From Mytilus californianus (lineage: Eukaryota), in contig NW_026262745.1 in assembly GCF_021869535.1 (NCBI RefSeq), forward strand, positions 19,468,001-19,532,000: a stretch of 64,000 nt of DNA, read 5' to 3'. The translations under genes and the position numbers were made by a program. Positions 1 through 12,517 of the stretch are shown here, one piece after another. Every line of letters begins with the position of its first letter. Within the stretch, counting starts at the first letter, position 1. The notes under the pieces were generated by a model. That model saw nothing but the letters and a program-made list of their open reading frames with translations, did not search any database and was not told the origin of the DNA.

Positions 1-173
1 TCAGCTGGAATCGTTGATTATGAATACAACAGATAATAAGAAGGCAATTTCCCAGTTTCTACTCTTAATTTTACGCATGCACATGGGAAAAAAGGAGACA
101 TTGGGAATATGTCAATAAGACAAAACCCGAATGTCATAAAAACCTACATGATATCTACAGATCAACGAATCCA

Positions 174-3100
174 AACTTACTTACTTACTTATCCTCTTCA
201 TCCCCAGTAGGACATAAGGCCACAACAAACTGCCTCCACTTCTTCCAGTTCCAAATGGTGAAGTTGAAATCATCCCTTCGTGAATTTTACGGACGCCATC
301 ACGAGTTAGTTGACCGTTATGGAATAACCGTTTCACAGATGATATCGGATATGTTCCTTATGTCGTAACTACAATACCCTTCCCTTTTCACGAATGTGAC
401 CTACCGAATTAGACTATTTACCGGATTTGTAATAACATAAGCAACACGACGGGTGCCACATTGGTACAGAATCTGCTTACCCTTCCGGAGCACCTGAGAT
501 CACCCCTAGTTTTTGGTTGGGTTCGTGTTGCTTAGTCTTTAGTTTTCTATGTTGTGTCATCTGTACTATTATTTGTCTGTTTGTCTTTTTATTTTTGGCG
601 ATTGCATTTTCAGTTTGTTTTCGATCTATGAGTCTGACTGTCCCTCTGGTATCTTTCGTCCCTCTTTTCTCTCTGTCCTTAGCTATATACTGGGCTTGGC
701 CCCAGGTGTATCCCATTGCTTCCAATTCAGTTGTAACAGTTCTTCGCCAGGTGATTCTAGGTCTCCCTGGTTTCCTTTTTCCTCGTGGTGTCCAATATAG
801 AGCTGTTGTAGGTGTGCGATATTGTGGCATTCTCAGTACATGACCTAACCATCTAAATCTTCGTTGTTTGATTTCTGCTGTTATGCTCTTAGCATTACAT
901 TTCTCCAAAAGGATCTTGTTGCTGATCTTATTTGGCCAGAATATTCTGTTGATCTTTCTTAGGCAGCTAGTATGGAATGCATCTACTTTTTGAAGGTCAC
1001 TTACTAAAACACGCCAAGTTTCTGAACCATACAGTAGGACAGATTTTACATTGCTGTTGTATATTCGTAGTTTGGTCCTTAAACTGTACTGGTTGGACTT
1101 CCAGATTGTATGAAGTCTTGCAAATGTTGCACGTGCCTTAGATAGTCTTGCCTTTATATCCTTTCCTGTCCCATTATCTTTACTTATGATGCTTCCAAGG
1201 TAAGTGAAATTTTCAACACTGTCCACTGGCAGATCATTAATTGTGATTGGTGTTGAATTTCTAGTGTTTATTGACATTACCTTGGTCTTCTTGGCATTAA
1301 CATTCAGACCAGTTTGCTTTGCATAGTTGTTAAGTATGTTGGTGTTCTCCTAGAGGTGTTTACTTGTTGTTGATAATATGGCAATGTCATCAGCAAAATC
1401 AAGATCTTCTAGCTGGTTAAACATGGTCCACTGGATACCCCTTTTCTTGTCTGATGTTGTATGTCTTTGTATCCAGTCAATAACCAATAAAAATAGGATG
1501 GGTGACATAATACATCTCTGTCTTACACCAGATTTAACTTCAAATGATTCTGAGATAGAGCTATCAAGGATGACACTGCATTCAAAACTGCTATAGAAGG
1601 CTTTTTTTAGCATTAAAATTTTAGATGGAATTCCATATGATTTAACAATTTTCCAAAGAGTTTCTCTATTTATACTGTCAAAGGCATTCTTGAAGTCGAT
1701 GAAATTAATGAAAAGTGGTGTGTTCCATTCTATTCTATGCACTGCTCAATGATGTTCCTGAGTGTGAAAATTTGGTCAATGCATCCTCTGCCTCTTCTAA
1801 AGCCTGTTTGTTCTTCTCTAAGCTTTTCAACCACAATTTTATCAATTCTGTTTAGACGACTTTTGCAAAATACTTTACTAGGGACAGAAAGTGGTGTAAT
1901 CCCTCTCCAGTTGTCACAGTTGCGTAGATTTCCTTTCTTTGGTAAGTTCACAATGAGGCATTTGCTCCAGTCTGATGGATTGTCCCCTTCTTTCCAGATG
2001 ACAAGGAAAAGATTGTGGAGTACTTTGGATGATGTATCTAAGTCTGCTTTTAACATCTCTGTGTGGATGGATCAATGCCTGGTGCCTTGACTATTTTCAA
2101 TGAATTAATGGCATTTCTTACTTCTTCTATAGTTGGTGGTTCTGTGTTTATGTTTAAATAATCTTCTGATGGTTCAGGGTTAGCTATGATATCAGGCTCA
2201 GGGCAGTTTAATACCTCTTTGAAATGTTGGACCCACCTTTCTGCTTGATCCTTTTCTGTTTTCAGTGATTTGCCATTTTTGTCGTTTACATGTGCTGTCT
2301 GGATATTTGATGTTCCAAAAAGTTGTTTGGTGATTTTGTAAACTGTACTCAGCTCTCCCAGAATGGCTGCCTTTTCTGCTTCTTTTGCTAGGTCCTCCAG
2401 ATATTGTCTTTTATCTTTTCTACCACTTCTTTTAACTTCTTTGTCTTTTGCTCTGTATGTTACTTGTAGTTGATCTTGTAACCTTTTGAATCTTGCATTT
2501 ACTGCTTTCTGTTTTATAGTTTTTCTTTCTTCAATTTTTTGCCAGGTTTCCGTTGTTAACCAATCTTTTTTTCTTTTTTGTCTTGTCACCAACTGTCTTT
2601 TCTGCCGTCTTTACATAAATATCTTTGATGTTATCCCACTTCTCTTGTACCCTCCCTTCTCCATCATCAGAGTTGTCTAGCACACTAAACCGATTTTTTA
2701 ATTCTAAGCAAAAAGCTTTCTTGACATTTGGTGACTTCAACCTTTCTGTTTCTAATCTCTTTCTGTTCTGGTTTTCAGTAGGTGCCTTTCTGAATTTTAA
2801 TTTGATGGTGGCTTTCAGTAGATAGTGATCACTGTTTACGTCTGCACCCCTGAGTACTCGTACATCTCTTAATGATCTACGCCACTTGTTGTTCACCAAT
2901 ATGTGGTCAACCTGGCTGGTTAACTGTTCTTCCATCAGGTGATTTCCATGTTAGTTTATGGATGTTTTTATGCGGAAAGATGGTCCCTCCTATCACCAGT
3001 TCATTGCAAAGACAAAGATCGATAGCACGTTCACCATTCTCATTTTTCACCCCGCAACCATGCCTGCCCATGACATTTTCAGCATCAGTGTTGTCTGATC

Positions 3101-3892
3101 CTACTTTTGCATTACGATCTCCCATTATTACCAGCATGTCGTGTTGAGGTACTTTAGAAATGGCAGTCTGCAGCTGTTCGTAAAAATCATCCTTGGTCTC
3201 ATCTTCAGCATCATTTGTTGGTGCGTCACACTGTATGATAGAAAGTTTACAGTAGTCTGGGTTAAATCGTGCCGTTACTAATCTTTCACTGATTGGTTCC
3301 CATTCTAGAAGTGTTTTGCCTTTTTTCTGCATATATTTATTGCTACACCATTAATATGTCTGTCAGTGTGTCCAGAGTGTAGGATGACATTTCCACTATT
3401 TGTTCTAGTCTTTCCTGAGCCAGTCCAACGACATTCGCTCACACCAAGAATGTCCAACATGTAGTGCTGCATTTCATTGATGACCTGTGCAGTCTTTGAT
3501 GTTTCATACATGGTTCGAACATTCCAGGCTCCTATATGTATTTGTGCTTTAGGCCCTAGAAGACTCACATTCATTTTTCTAGTTTCCACAATAGGGCTTT
3601 CACTAGGAGAAGTCATTCCGCTGTTGTTTGAGTCCCCCGTTTAACCTATAACAGAGGGTAATCTAATTTCGTTTGTTGTGGTTTCTGTAACTGTAATAGT
3701 TTTTACAGGATAGGGGAATTAACCCCATGCCCAACACTCCAACCTGGAGGACCAGGGAATTTGTGTTCAAGCTAGGTTTCCATCCTCTAGAAGGGCTGCT
3801 GTCCTGAGCTAATGAATCCATTCTATCCAGGTTTGTTTTCGAAGTTTACCATCTCCTAGATGAGTTGCCTGACTGGGCTACGACTCTCATTT
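174..3892 (-). mobile_element. Full-length but disabled RTE-clade LINE (APE endonuclease + reverse transcriptase)
   Basis: Seven overlapping minus-strand ORFs join into one APE-RT polyprotein (GAWNVRTM, LGVSECRW, MGDRNAKVG, VDHILV, QTGFRRGR, FIDFKNAFDS, GVRQRCIMSP, LDFADDIA, FTYLGS, RWLGHVLRM). C-terminus WRQFVVALCPTGDEEDK* stops at 185-187. (TAAG)n 3' tail at ~175-191. Probable TSD AACGAATCCA (164-173) / AACGAGTCCA (3893-3902). Five frameshifts and one in-frame stop (1350-1352). Confidence 0.95.
244..666 (+). mobile_element. 5'-truncated Penelope-like retroelement 3' end nested in the RTE
   Basis: Encodes MVKLKSSLREFYGRHHELVDRYGITVSQM, homologous to the end of the RT remnant at 47540-47660. 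Splits the RTE frame (AKDREK|WRQFV) and is flanked by TTCT at 240-243 and 667-670. Other copies at ~32350-32590 (-) and ~37510-37650 (-). Confidence 0.8.
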
Positions 3893-3952
3893 AACGAGTC
3901 CACTGAAATATACACGATTTTGTAAATAACATTAACGGTGACCAATTGTTCT

Positions 3953-3996
3953 GCACGAGATGCGCCTTTCGGCAATAAATGTCTCTTCAGTGATGC
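3953..3996 (-). ncRNA. Degenerate minimal type I hammerhead ribozyme motif
   Basis: Minus strand GCAUCA-CUGAAGA-GACAUUUAUUGCC-GAAA-GGCGCA-UC-UCGUGC. Core nucleotides intact, with one mismatch each in helices I, II and III. Confidence 0.65.
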
Positions 3997-5314
3997 TCGA
4001 TGTCAACTTTTTTTAAAACCAAAACTTATTTTAAAAAAATGAAGAGCTTATAAACTAAATAAGTTATGAAAGTTGGTATTAAATATGACTGATAATATTT
4101 AAGAAATGTAATTAACACCCTTACCTTATCCACCCTTCCTAGTTTTTTGTCTCCCAACGCTCTGCTTTAAATCTCAAACTTTTGAATAATAAAAGCTACT
4201 TAAAATGAATTAAATTCCAGTACAGGAAAATCATTTAACTCAATTTACTTAACCTGGCGATATCAAATCATGCCGTCCTATACTCGAATATCTGAGATTG
4301 TACTTCAGAAAGGATCTTAAACAGCAACGCCGTACACTAAATGAGGGTAGGATTAATACAATACCTACTGGTGACTGGTTTTCAAGTTCCACTTTTGTGT
4401 TGGTCGCTTTCAATCATTGCGATCAATAAAGAGTTGATCATTTCAATCAACTGATTCAATATATTTCATTACAGTCGATGCTTTGCATTTTTGTATTGAG
4501 TTGACAGTTGGTGTTCAATCTTGATCAAACGAATCTATAGTTACGATCGAGGCTATATGGGTTTTTTTTATCAAGTTGACAGTTGATGTCAATCATTAGT
4601 ATGTCGTTACGATAGAGGCTTCCCAATTGTCATTGAGTTGATTGGGTCGATGTATCAACAGATGTAAAAATGAACTGTTGTTGTATATATCGGTTGTCGA
4701 TTACTGTGTAACTTTTATGTGTCGGTGTAGGGAAGCGAAAGCCTTCATATTCCCGACTGTGTCTTAACCACTGTCAACGACAGCCTATGTACCTTAATTA
4801 TTCAACTTCTGTTCCTTATTCTTATCTGTTCCATCAACTACGTTTTCCTTTTCTCCGGTATAAGCACAAGGTTAAGTTGAGTTAGATTCCTACCCGTAGG
4901 TTCCAAATCTCTACTGATATTGGAGGTCTCTGCTTTCGACTCCTTGTCTTCTAGTGTTAATATATACACATTTTCTAGCCTAAGGATAGATTGGTTTGAA
5001 AAGGTGAAAACTTAAAATCAATTTTAAGAACATTGTCATTATTGCATCTATAAAAAGTGGTGTCGATTTTGAGAAATATTGTATGGCTGAAAATTACTTG
5101 TGGTTTATTGAAATTTTGCATCAACGAAGAAATATGAAAGATTACACTTTTACGGGAATATTCATGTCTATTTTCTACATTAAAATAGGTGAACGTGATA
5201 TTTAATTTCTTATAAATTTACATTACATGTTTTATTTTTCAATTTTCGCCATCTTAATGATTATTACTAGTGTACAATGAAAATAAACACCTTTTATATC
5301 AGGGAGACTATCTT

Positions 5315-5322
5315 ATATAAAG
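5315..5322 (+). promoter_or_regulatory. TATA-box-like element
   Basis: TATATAAA about 50 nt upstream of the ATG at 5370. Weak evidence in AT-rich DNA. Confidence 0.4.
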
Positions 5323-5369
5323 ATGAATGACTCACTTTTGATAAATCAAAGAAGTTGTACATCTCTACA

Positions 5370-8300
5370 ATGCATTTCTTTGGACTACTTTTGGGAATTA
5401 TCATAATATTTTGTGGTTTGTAATTTTCAATATATTTAGATATTAAGTCTAATTGCATCTACTTTAAATTATACCTGTATTTTAAACTCATTCCATGTAA
5501 TGTACATTTTATTTGTAATTTTTACTAAAAGATGTTTTTTCAATACCACAGAAAAAACTTTTGATCTAAAATAGGCTATTAACTAAATGTAATATTTAAC
5601 TTGCAATAGTTTTTCCTTGCATTTTTGTGTATTGAAATTTTAAACAACTTTGTCATTAAACAATGATATTTATTAATCAGTATCTTTATTGTTTTTTTTT
5701 TCAATTGTTCCATTTTTCAGAATTATCTTTTGGCCTCGGTAATAGCTTATGCAATGATGCCGCAGCAAGTATTACAGAATGCTCTTGGAAGGCAGGTTTG
5801 CTTCTTGATCGTTCCACATTTATTCTTGAAAGTCAACCCTATTTCACTGTGTGTACAATAAGGTAAGTTTAGTAGTGTAAATAACGAAATAACGTTATGT
5901 TATCATACAGAAATAATAAAATTTCAATATTAAAAAAGATAAAAAAAAATTTAAAAAAAATTCTGATGAAAATGAATTCTGATCTTAAAGGCATTTATGA
6001 AGTGCCACCCCAAATGATATTTCTTTAGCTTATTTAATAACATAACGATAAAACCCGAAATATAAAAACAGACATATCAAAGCAAATATTGACTTACCAG
6101 TGAAAATCAGGACAAAATATCATAAAAAATCATTTATCAGTGGACATCAAACCACAAATCAGCAATATAAATCCACCACGATTTTGATATCATTAAAATC
6201 ATTTTGCAGTCGTATGACCAGGCTATCCCAATGCTACGAGAATGTTACTGACAGTTGCCCAGACTACCGGGGTGATGGACCACAATTGATGGACAAAACC
6301 GCATATAAAGCATTCTTGATTGGGACATGCTTAAACCAATATGGTAAGTGAAAACGAAAGGTTGTACATGTATTTTATCAAAATATTAATGCTTTAGAAC
6401 AAAAATTTTTTTTATATTAGTTATATGATTTTTGTTTTCATGAAAATTAATTCTTCAAGCACAACTGACACATATCATATCAACTTTTAAAACTGTCTAT
6501 TGTATCCTGTAGTTGTAAAACTGTCTATTGTATCCTGTAGTTGTAAAACTGTCTATTGTATCCTGTAGTTGTAACACTGTCTATTGTATCCTGTAGTTGT
6601 AAAACTGTCTATTGTATCCTGTAGTTGTAAAACTGTCTATTGTATCCTGTAGTTGTAAAACTGTCTATTGTATCCTGTATTTGTAAAACTGTCTATTGTA
6701 TCCTGTAGTTGTAGAACTGTCTATTGTATCCTGTAGTTGTAACACTGTCTATTGTATCCTGTATTTGTAACACTGTCTATTGTATCCTGTAGTTGTAAAA
6801 CTGTCTATTGTATCCTGTAGTTGTAAAACTGTCTATTGTATCCTGTAGTTGTAAAACTGTCTATTGTATCCTGTATTTGTAAAACTGTCTATTGTATCCT
6901 GTAGTTGTAGAACTGTCTATTGTATCCTGTAGTTGTAACACTGTCTATTAGTTGTAACACTGTCTATTGTATCCTGTAGTTGTAACACTGTCTATTGTAT
7001 CCTGTAGTTGTAACACTGTCTATTGTATCCTGTAGTTGTAACACTGTCTATTGTATCCTGTAGTTGTAAAACTGTCTATTGTATCCTGTAGTTGTAAAAC
7101 TGTCTATTGTATCCTGTAGTTGTAAAACTGTCTATTGTATCCTGTAGTTGTAGAACTGTCTATTGTATCCTGTAGTTGTAAAACTGTCTATTGTATCCTG
7201 TAGTTGTAAAACTCTCTATTGTATCCTGTAGTTGTAACAATGTCTATTGTATCCTGTAGTTGTAACACTGTCTATTGTATCCTGTAGTTGTAACACTGTC
7301 TATTGTATCCTGTAGTTGTAGAACTGTCTATTGTATCCTGTAGTTGTAAAACTGTCTATTGTATCCTGTATTTGTAAAACTGTCTATTGTATCCTGTAGT
7401 TGTAGAACTGTCTATTGTATCCTGTAGTTGTAACACTGTCTATTAGTTGTAACACTGTCTATTGTATCCTGTAGTTGTAACACTGTCTATTGTATCCACT
7501 GTCTATTGTATCCTGTAGTTGTAAAACTGTCTATTGTATCCTGTAGTTGTAGAACTGTCTATTGTATCCTGTAGTTGTAAAACTGTCTATTGTATCCTGT
7601 AGTTGTAAAACTCTCTATTGTATCCTGTAGTTGTAACACTGTCTATTGTATCCTGTAGTTGTAACACTGTCTATTGTATCCTGTAGTTGTAACACTGTCT
7701 ATTGTATCCTGTAGTTGTAAAACTCTCTATTGTATCCTGTAGTTGTAAAACTGTCTATTGTATCCTGTAGTTGTAACACTGTCTATTGTATCCTGTAGTT
7801 GTAACACTGTCTATTGTATCCTGTAGTTGTAAAACTGTCTATTGTATCCTGTAGTTGTAAAACTGTCTATTGTAGTTGTAAGAAACAAGGATCAGGAGAC
7901 AAAACCATCATTAGTGTGTTAAAAGCTTGAATTATCATTTCACCAAACAAGCTATGATATAATGTACCGTTAATGCAACCTTTTTTATTTCAGTATATGA
8001 AGAGGGTTTGTTATGTATTGGAAATAAGCTACCGGAAATGAAAACATATGTCAACCAGAATTGTCTTTCTTCGCAGTTCTATTACGATACTGTATGGGAT
8101 GCATACATAGAAATGGGCGACTGGAATTGGCAAAAGTTTTGTAGGTAAGTTTAATGTTAAATAATAGAAAGTTAGACTTTAATCTATTCATAACTTTTGG
8201 GAAGTTTCCGTTTTTAAAGCTCTATAACTTCGTATTTGATTGGGCTTTCCGACTGTTTTAATTAGAGCGCCACTGATGAGTTGTATGTACACGAACAGCA

Positions 8301-8963
8301 CGTCTGGTGTACACAATTATTAGCCTGGTATCTTTAATGAGTTTTTATAACCACTATAGAGTCGATGCAACTGCTAATGAACGTTTCGTCCCCGAAGGTA
8401 TTACCATCCAAGTAGTCAGCACTGTTGTGTTGACATGAAATATCATTTTCTGTAAATGTACTGTTTACAAAATTTTGAATTATTCGAAATACTAAGGTTT
8501 TCTATCCCCAGGTATAGGTTGCCTTATCCGTCGTAATTTATTTGGCTTTCCAACTATTTTAATTCGAGCATATAATACATGCCACGGGATGTTTAACACC
8601 AATCTATCATCATGATCATCATCTTCTGTAAAGCTAAAATTTCTCTTTTTGTGTGTGTTTTTTTTTCGTTTCAGATTGGTTATTCAGGGTATCGAATGTT
8701 CTGTCAACAAATCGACTGAGTACGGATGTTCCGATGAGTTTCGTGATATGTTGATATATTCATCGTATGTCCGTTTACCAATTGAGTGTCGTGAACCGAA
8801 TTCAACAAAATTGAAATGGCTTGACATTTACCAGGAAATACCAGACAGCCTTCCCGAGCCACCAGACAATAATTCTTCTACTCTGTCTAGTTATTTCTCG
8901 ACATGCTTAATTATAATATCCAGTCTGTTTTTGTTTTGCATAGTAAAATACACCAGTGCCTGA
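5370..8963 (+). CDS. 253-aa Cys-rich secreted/GPI-anchored protein; exons 5370-5415, 5721-5862, 6210-6343, 7994-8144, 8675-8963
   Basis: All four introns are GT-AG with matching phases (1,2,1,2). Spliced length is 762 nt, open to TGA. Signal peptide MHFFGLLLGIIIIFCELSFG, 12 ectodomain Cys in two blocks of six, hydrophobic C-terminus YFSTCLIIISSLFLFCIV. AATAAA at 9061. Cys spacing is reminiscent of DUF19/DUF1397-type helical proteins (unconfirmed). Confidence 0.85.
6489..7881. repeat. 28-bp minisatellite, ~50 units, in intron 3
   Basis: Unit CTGTCTATTGTATCCTGTAGTTGTAAAA, with AACA/AGAA/GTATTT variants and a few truncated units. Confidence 0.97.
8192..8570 (+). mobile_element. Decayed retrozyme-like repeat with degenerate hammerhead motif (8267-8310)
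   Basis: GCGCCA-CUGAUGA-GUUGUAUGUACAC-GAACAGCAC-GUC-UGGUGU. The segment preceding the ribozyme (8233-8268) recurs at 8537-8569, as expected for one tandem unit of ~300 bp. Confidence 0.6.
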
Positions 8964-11341
8964 AGATTCTTAAATATCAAAATGATCGTTCATGTCTATC
9001 TAATGTTGTTTAAGATTTTTACATTTATGTCAAATCTTCACGAACTACAAAAAAAAAGAAAATAAACAATACGTGCTTTTTTTCAAATAAAAGGAAAGAA
9101 AACTTAAATATGTTTTCAGTGTCTTGTCACTTATTACCATTGTATTATAACTTTTAAGCTAATTTACGTAATTAGAAACTAAAGTTCCAAAACCATCAGA
9201 CATGACCTATTACAATGCTACATGACCTATTACATGGCTACATATTTTTCCTTACCTACCTTCCTTCTCCAGTGGCGGTAAAATTTCTCATATTTCATCT
9301 ATTTCAAACTTGACGAAATGATTTTTTGTATTTGTTCTCGTCCTGGTTAGGTTTTGTTTGAATAGCAAGTGATCATCAGTTTCTTGAGACAGATGTGTGC
9401 ATGTAGGCATGCCTTTAAGACATAAGTTAGCTAATATACATACCAAAAACAACGATAAGGAACTACATGCATTGCTCTACAAAATATTTCTTCAAAATGT
9501 TGCTGAATGTTATAGCCAAGTAAGATAATGTTTTATTGCCCGTGAGACAATTATCCATCGTAAGGTAAGCCACATATGCCCCCCTTGTTTCCTCCTACCC
9601 CGTAATGACAATGTGAAACAAATAAATCAACGTCCTGATGTATGCTAAAACAGTATACGAAAGACAGTAACCAATTACAATCACTGATTAAAACCTATGC
9701 TTGGTACATGCATGTCGAAAGAATGTGACGGATTTAAACATGTCTTTGAACACTGAATCCCCTAACCTGGGACAGTAATGAACACAACATAAGAACAAAC
9801 TGTATATATCAGTTGGAAAAGGCATGACTCGTCAGTTCGGTGCCAGGCAAAAAAATAAACAGCAGCAACAAAAAACAAATGACTAAAGACACAAAGTATC
9901 GATCTAAGAGTAGTTGCAGTTTCTGAAAGTAATAAAAGTTTCCAGGACTAAAATGTCAATTAGTACATCACAACGAATTCAGTATAAAGACGTCATATAT
10001 GCAGTCTGAGAAATGGATGACCCTGGGTAATGCCAAATTATCGACAGGGTGTGGTCTTTAAAGCTGAATAGCAATAAATTTTTATAGATTAAAACTTTTA
10101 AAAAAAAAAGTTAGTGTACAATGTAGAGTGTAAGTTCAAACGAGAAAACTTGCGGCCTGATTTATATATTACACGGAAAACATATAAGACAGACAGCAAC
10201 TAGCGACAAACACTGAATTCATGATATGACTTGGGACAGACAACGAAAGAATGTTGTAGGGTTTAACATGCGTGTTAGCGTATAATCCTCTCCTTACCCA
10301 CAGGACAGTGGTGTAACTGGACAACGTTAGTGCAAACCGGAAAAATCTGTTGAAAGCTAGGGTTACATTGACTCGAAGTCGCGACAAAATCAACATAGTT
10401 CAAAGAATACAAACAAAGTACCAATCTAAGAATACTATAATAGTCTCGGATCATAAATAACCGCGAAGGATATGATCTGCGGGGGCAAAAAGTATACAAT
10501 ATACAATAATATTGTATTGACTAAAAAAGTGCCCTCATGAGAGCAGAATAATTACAGTTTACTTATCGCTACAAAACACACAATGCTAAACATGATTTCA
10601 ACAAGGATTTGATTTCACTATACAAATCCTTGATTTCAATGATTAAGTAGATTAATAAAATAACATATATTCATTTATAAAAGAAAAACTGCATTTGATA
10701 TACTGGTGAATAAAAACATTAAAAAACAGATTCCACTTGGAACACAAAATTTACACAAACTACATTTTCAATGCTTTTTACGTCCATTTAAAAGTTAATT
10801 TGTATGTTAGAAGCAGTTTTCCAGATTTTTAAGTTGATAACGGGCTTATAAACATTAAATACTACGAGAAACAGGGGGTTGGTGGATAGGGGAAAGTTAA
10901 CCTTCTGTAGCGAATTCTACAAAATCTACAAAAAGTTCCTTTTAACGTACGATGTAGAGTGACATTCTCTAAATACATACGGGTCCGCAGACAGACTCTC
11001 CGTATTAAAATATTACTGTAAACGAGAAACTAATGAGAGGAACAAAGTAAAGATAAAATGTTAATGCAGAATTATGTCCACATGTAGAAAATCCGCAAAG
11101 AGGACGATCTCTCATTTAGTATGCAACAGTTACTGTAATTAATGACTGACATAGCCTTCGGCTGTGTTCTGCTCTTTGGTCGGGTTGTTGTCTCTTTGAC
11201 ACTTTCCCCATTTCCATTCTCAATTTTACAATAATGAATGTAAATTTATATACTAACTATTAAAATAATCTACGTGTACTTCTCAGAATAATTGCACATC
11301 TGTAGATTTTAAACTAGCCATCCGAATTCATGCGTCAAATA

Positions 11342-11435
11342 GACCATCGCACATCAGCGAACGGACCATCGCGCTTCGGTGTAGACCATCGCACTTCAGC
11401 GTGACCATCGCACTTCAGCTTCACCATCGTACTTC
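11342..11435. repeat. Short tandem repeat (~5 x GACCATCGCACTTCAGC-like, 19-21 bp period)
   Basis: Direct reading of the sequence. Confidence 0.75.
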
Positions 11436-12338
11436 CGAGTCCTACATATATATATGTGTGTATAATATACACGTCTAAACATGTGACAACTTTATGACAG
11501 ACAGTCTCAATCGGATAACACGTGGTTATACAGGGCTAACACCAATATATATATATACATATATAATTCGTCTCGAGTCAAATTTAGCCCAACAATGTAC
11601 CTCGGATAACGCAAATTTTTGTTCTTCCCTCAGCGGGATTCGAGCCCTTGCTTCTCTGGCATCGTGGCTAAATATAATTCAAAAACTTGTATATGATATC
11701 TATGTCTTCGTTGCTTAAAAGTCAAATTAGTTTGTTTTCATCAGAAAGTTTATTAAAATTCTTATCATATCCTGCTACTGATGAAATCCTACAATAAAGC
11801 TTCAAACACTTATATATATATATATATTTTATTCAAGATAAAAAGGCATGAATTTGACAGATACAAAATATTACAAAGACACAGATACAGCACTAGACAT
11901 AGTTTATAGACACTAAAATGATATACATGTTTACTAAAAATTTTAAATTAAGAAATAAAAAATAAAATTATGAAAATTTTCATGATATTTTGATAATATG
12001 ATTAGACTAGATTAAAAATGAGTGACATTTAACTTGACTAGATTTTACACTGTAGCCTAATATCTTAGGATGACCCACAAAAGTTAGTAAAACTTATTTC
12101 CAGTGGGGTCCTTTTGTTGTCACTTGAAGTTTAAAAGTAAAACCCTTCCTTTAATCAAAGATTTTCTCCGTCTACTACTTGAAATTTAAACCATATAGTT
12201 AACAATTCAGTCGAAACTCGTACGTTCATTTCATGAATTTACAGAATGTGGTTCGTTGTAGTATCTTTACTATTGGTTATTAGTTATAAGTTAAATGATT
12301 CCGAAGTAGGGCAATCTGAAACGTGTCATTTCGGTCAA

Positions 12339-12517
12339 TATTTACTTCTTTTTTATCAGATTTACATTATTTTGCATCAAACTGATTTTATATTTTATAA
12401 CACCATTGGTGTTTACATAAAATAAACTATATTTATAGATGAAAATATAGGCTGAAGATTTTTTTTTATTAGCACGTAATGAATATTTACTGCGAGGTAT
12501 TGTTTACCCTTAGCAAC
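12339..12517 (+). promoter_or_regulatory. Candidate ciliary-gene promoter: four forkhead motifs plus an RFX X-box-like site
   Basis: TATTTAC 12339 and 12484, TGTTTAC 12410 and 12501, the last running into GTTTACCCTTAGCAAC (12502-12517). About 4 kb upstream of the TTC29 first coding exon, which begins at a splice acceptor. Confidence 0.4.

Noticed and set aside
517-843. Hydrophobic ORFs (517-843, 549-800) resembling membrane proteins
   Set aside because: They lie in the T-rich 3' UTR of the nested retroelement and antisense to the RTE RT; compositional artefact.
4246-4258. TACTTAACCTGGC resembling the U1 snRNA 5' end
   Set aside because: Has an extra base and the downstream sequence does not follow U1 stem-loops or the Sm site.
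6489-7881. 28-bp repeats as a CRISPR array
   Set aside because: Units are head-to-tail with no spacers, inside a spliceosomal intron, with no cas genes.
11633-11647. tRNA B-box-like GGGCTCGAATCCCGC on the minus strand
   Set aside because: No cloverleaf or A-box could be built; at most a SINE head relic.
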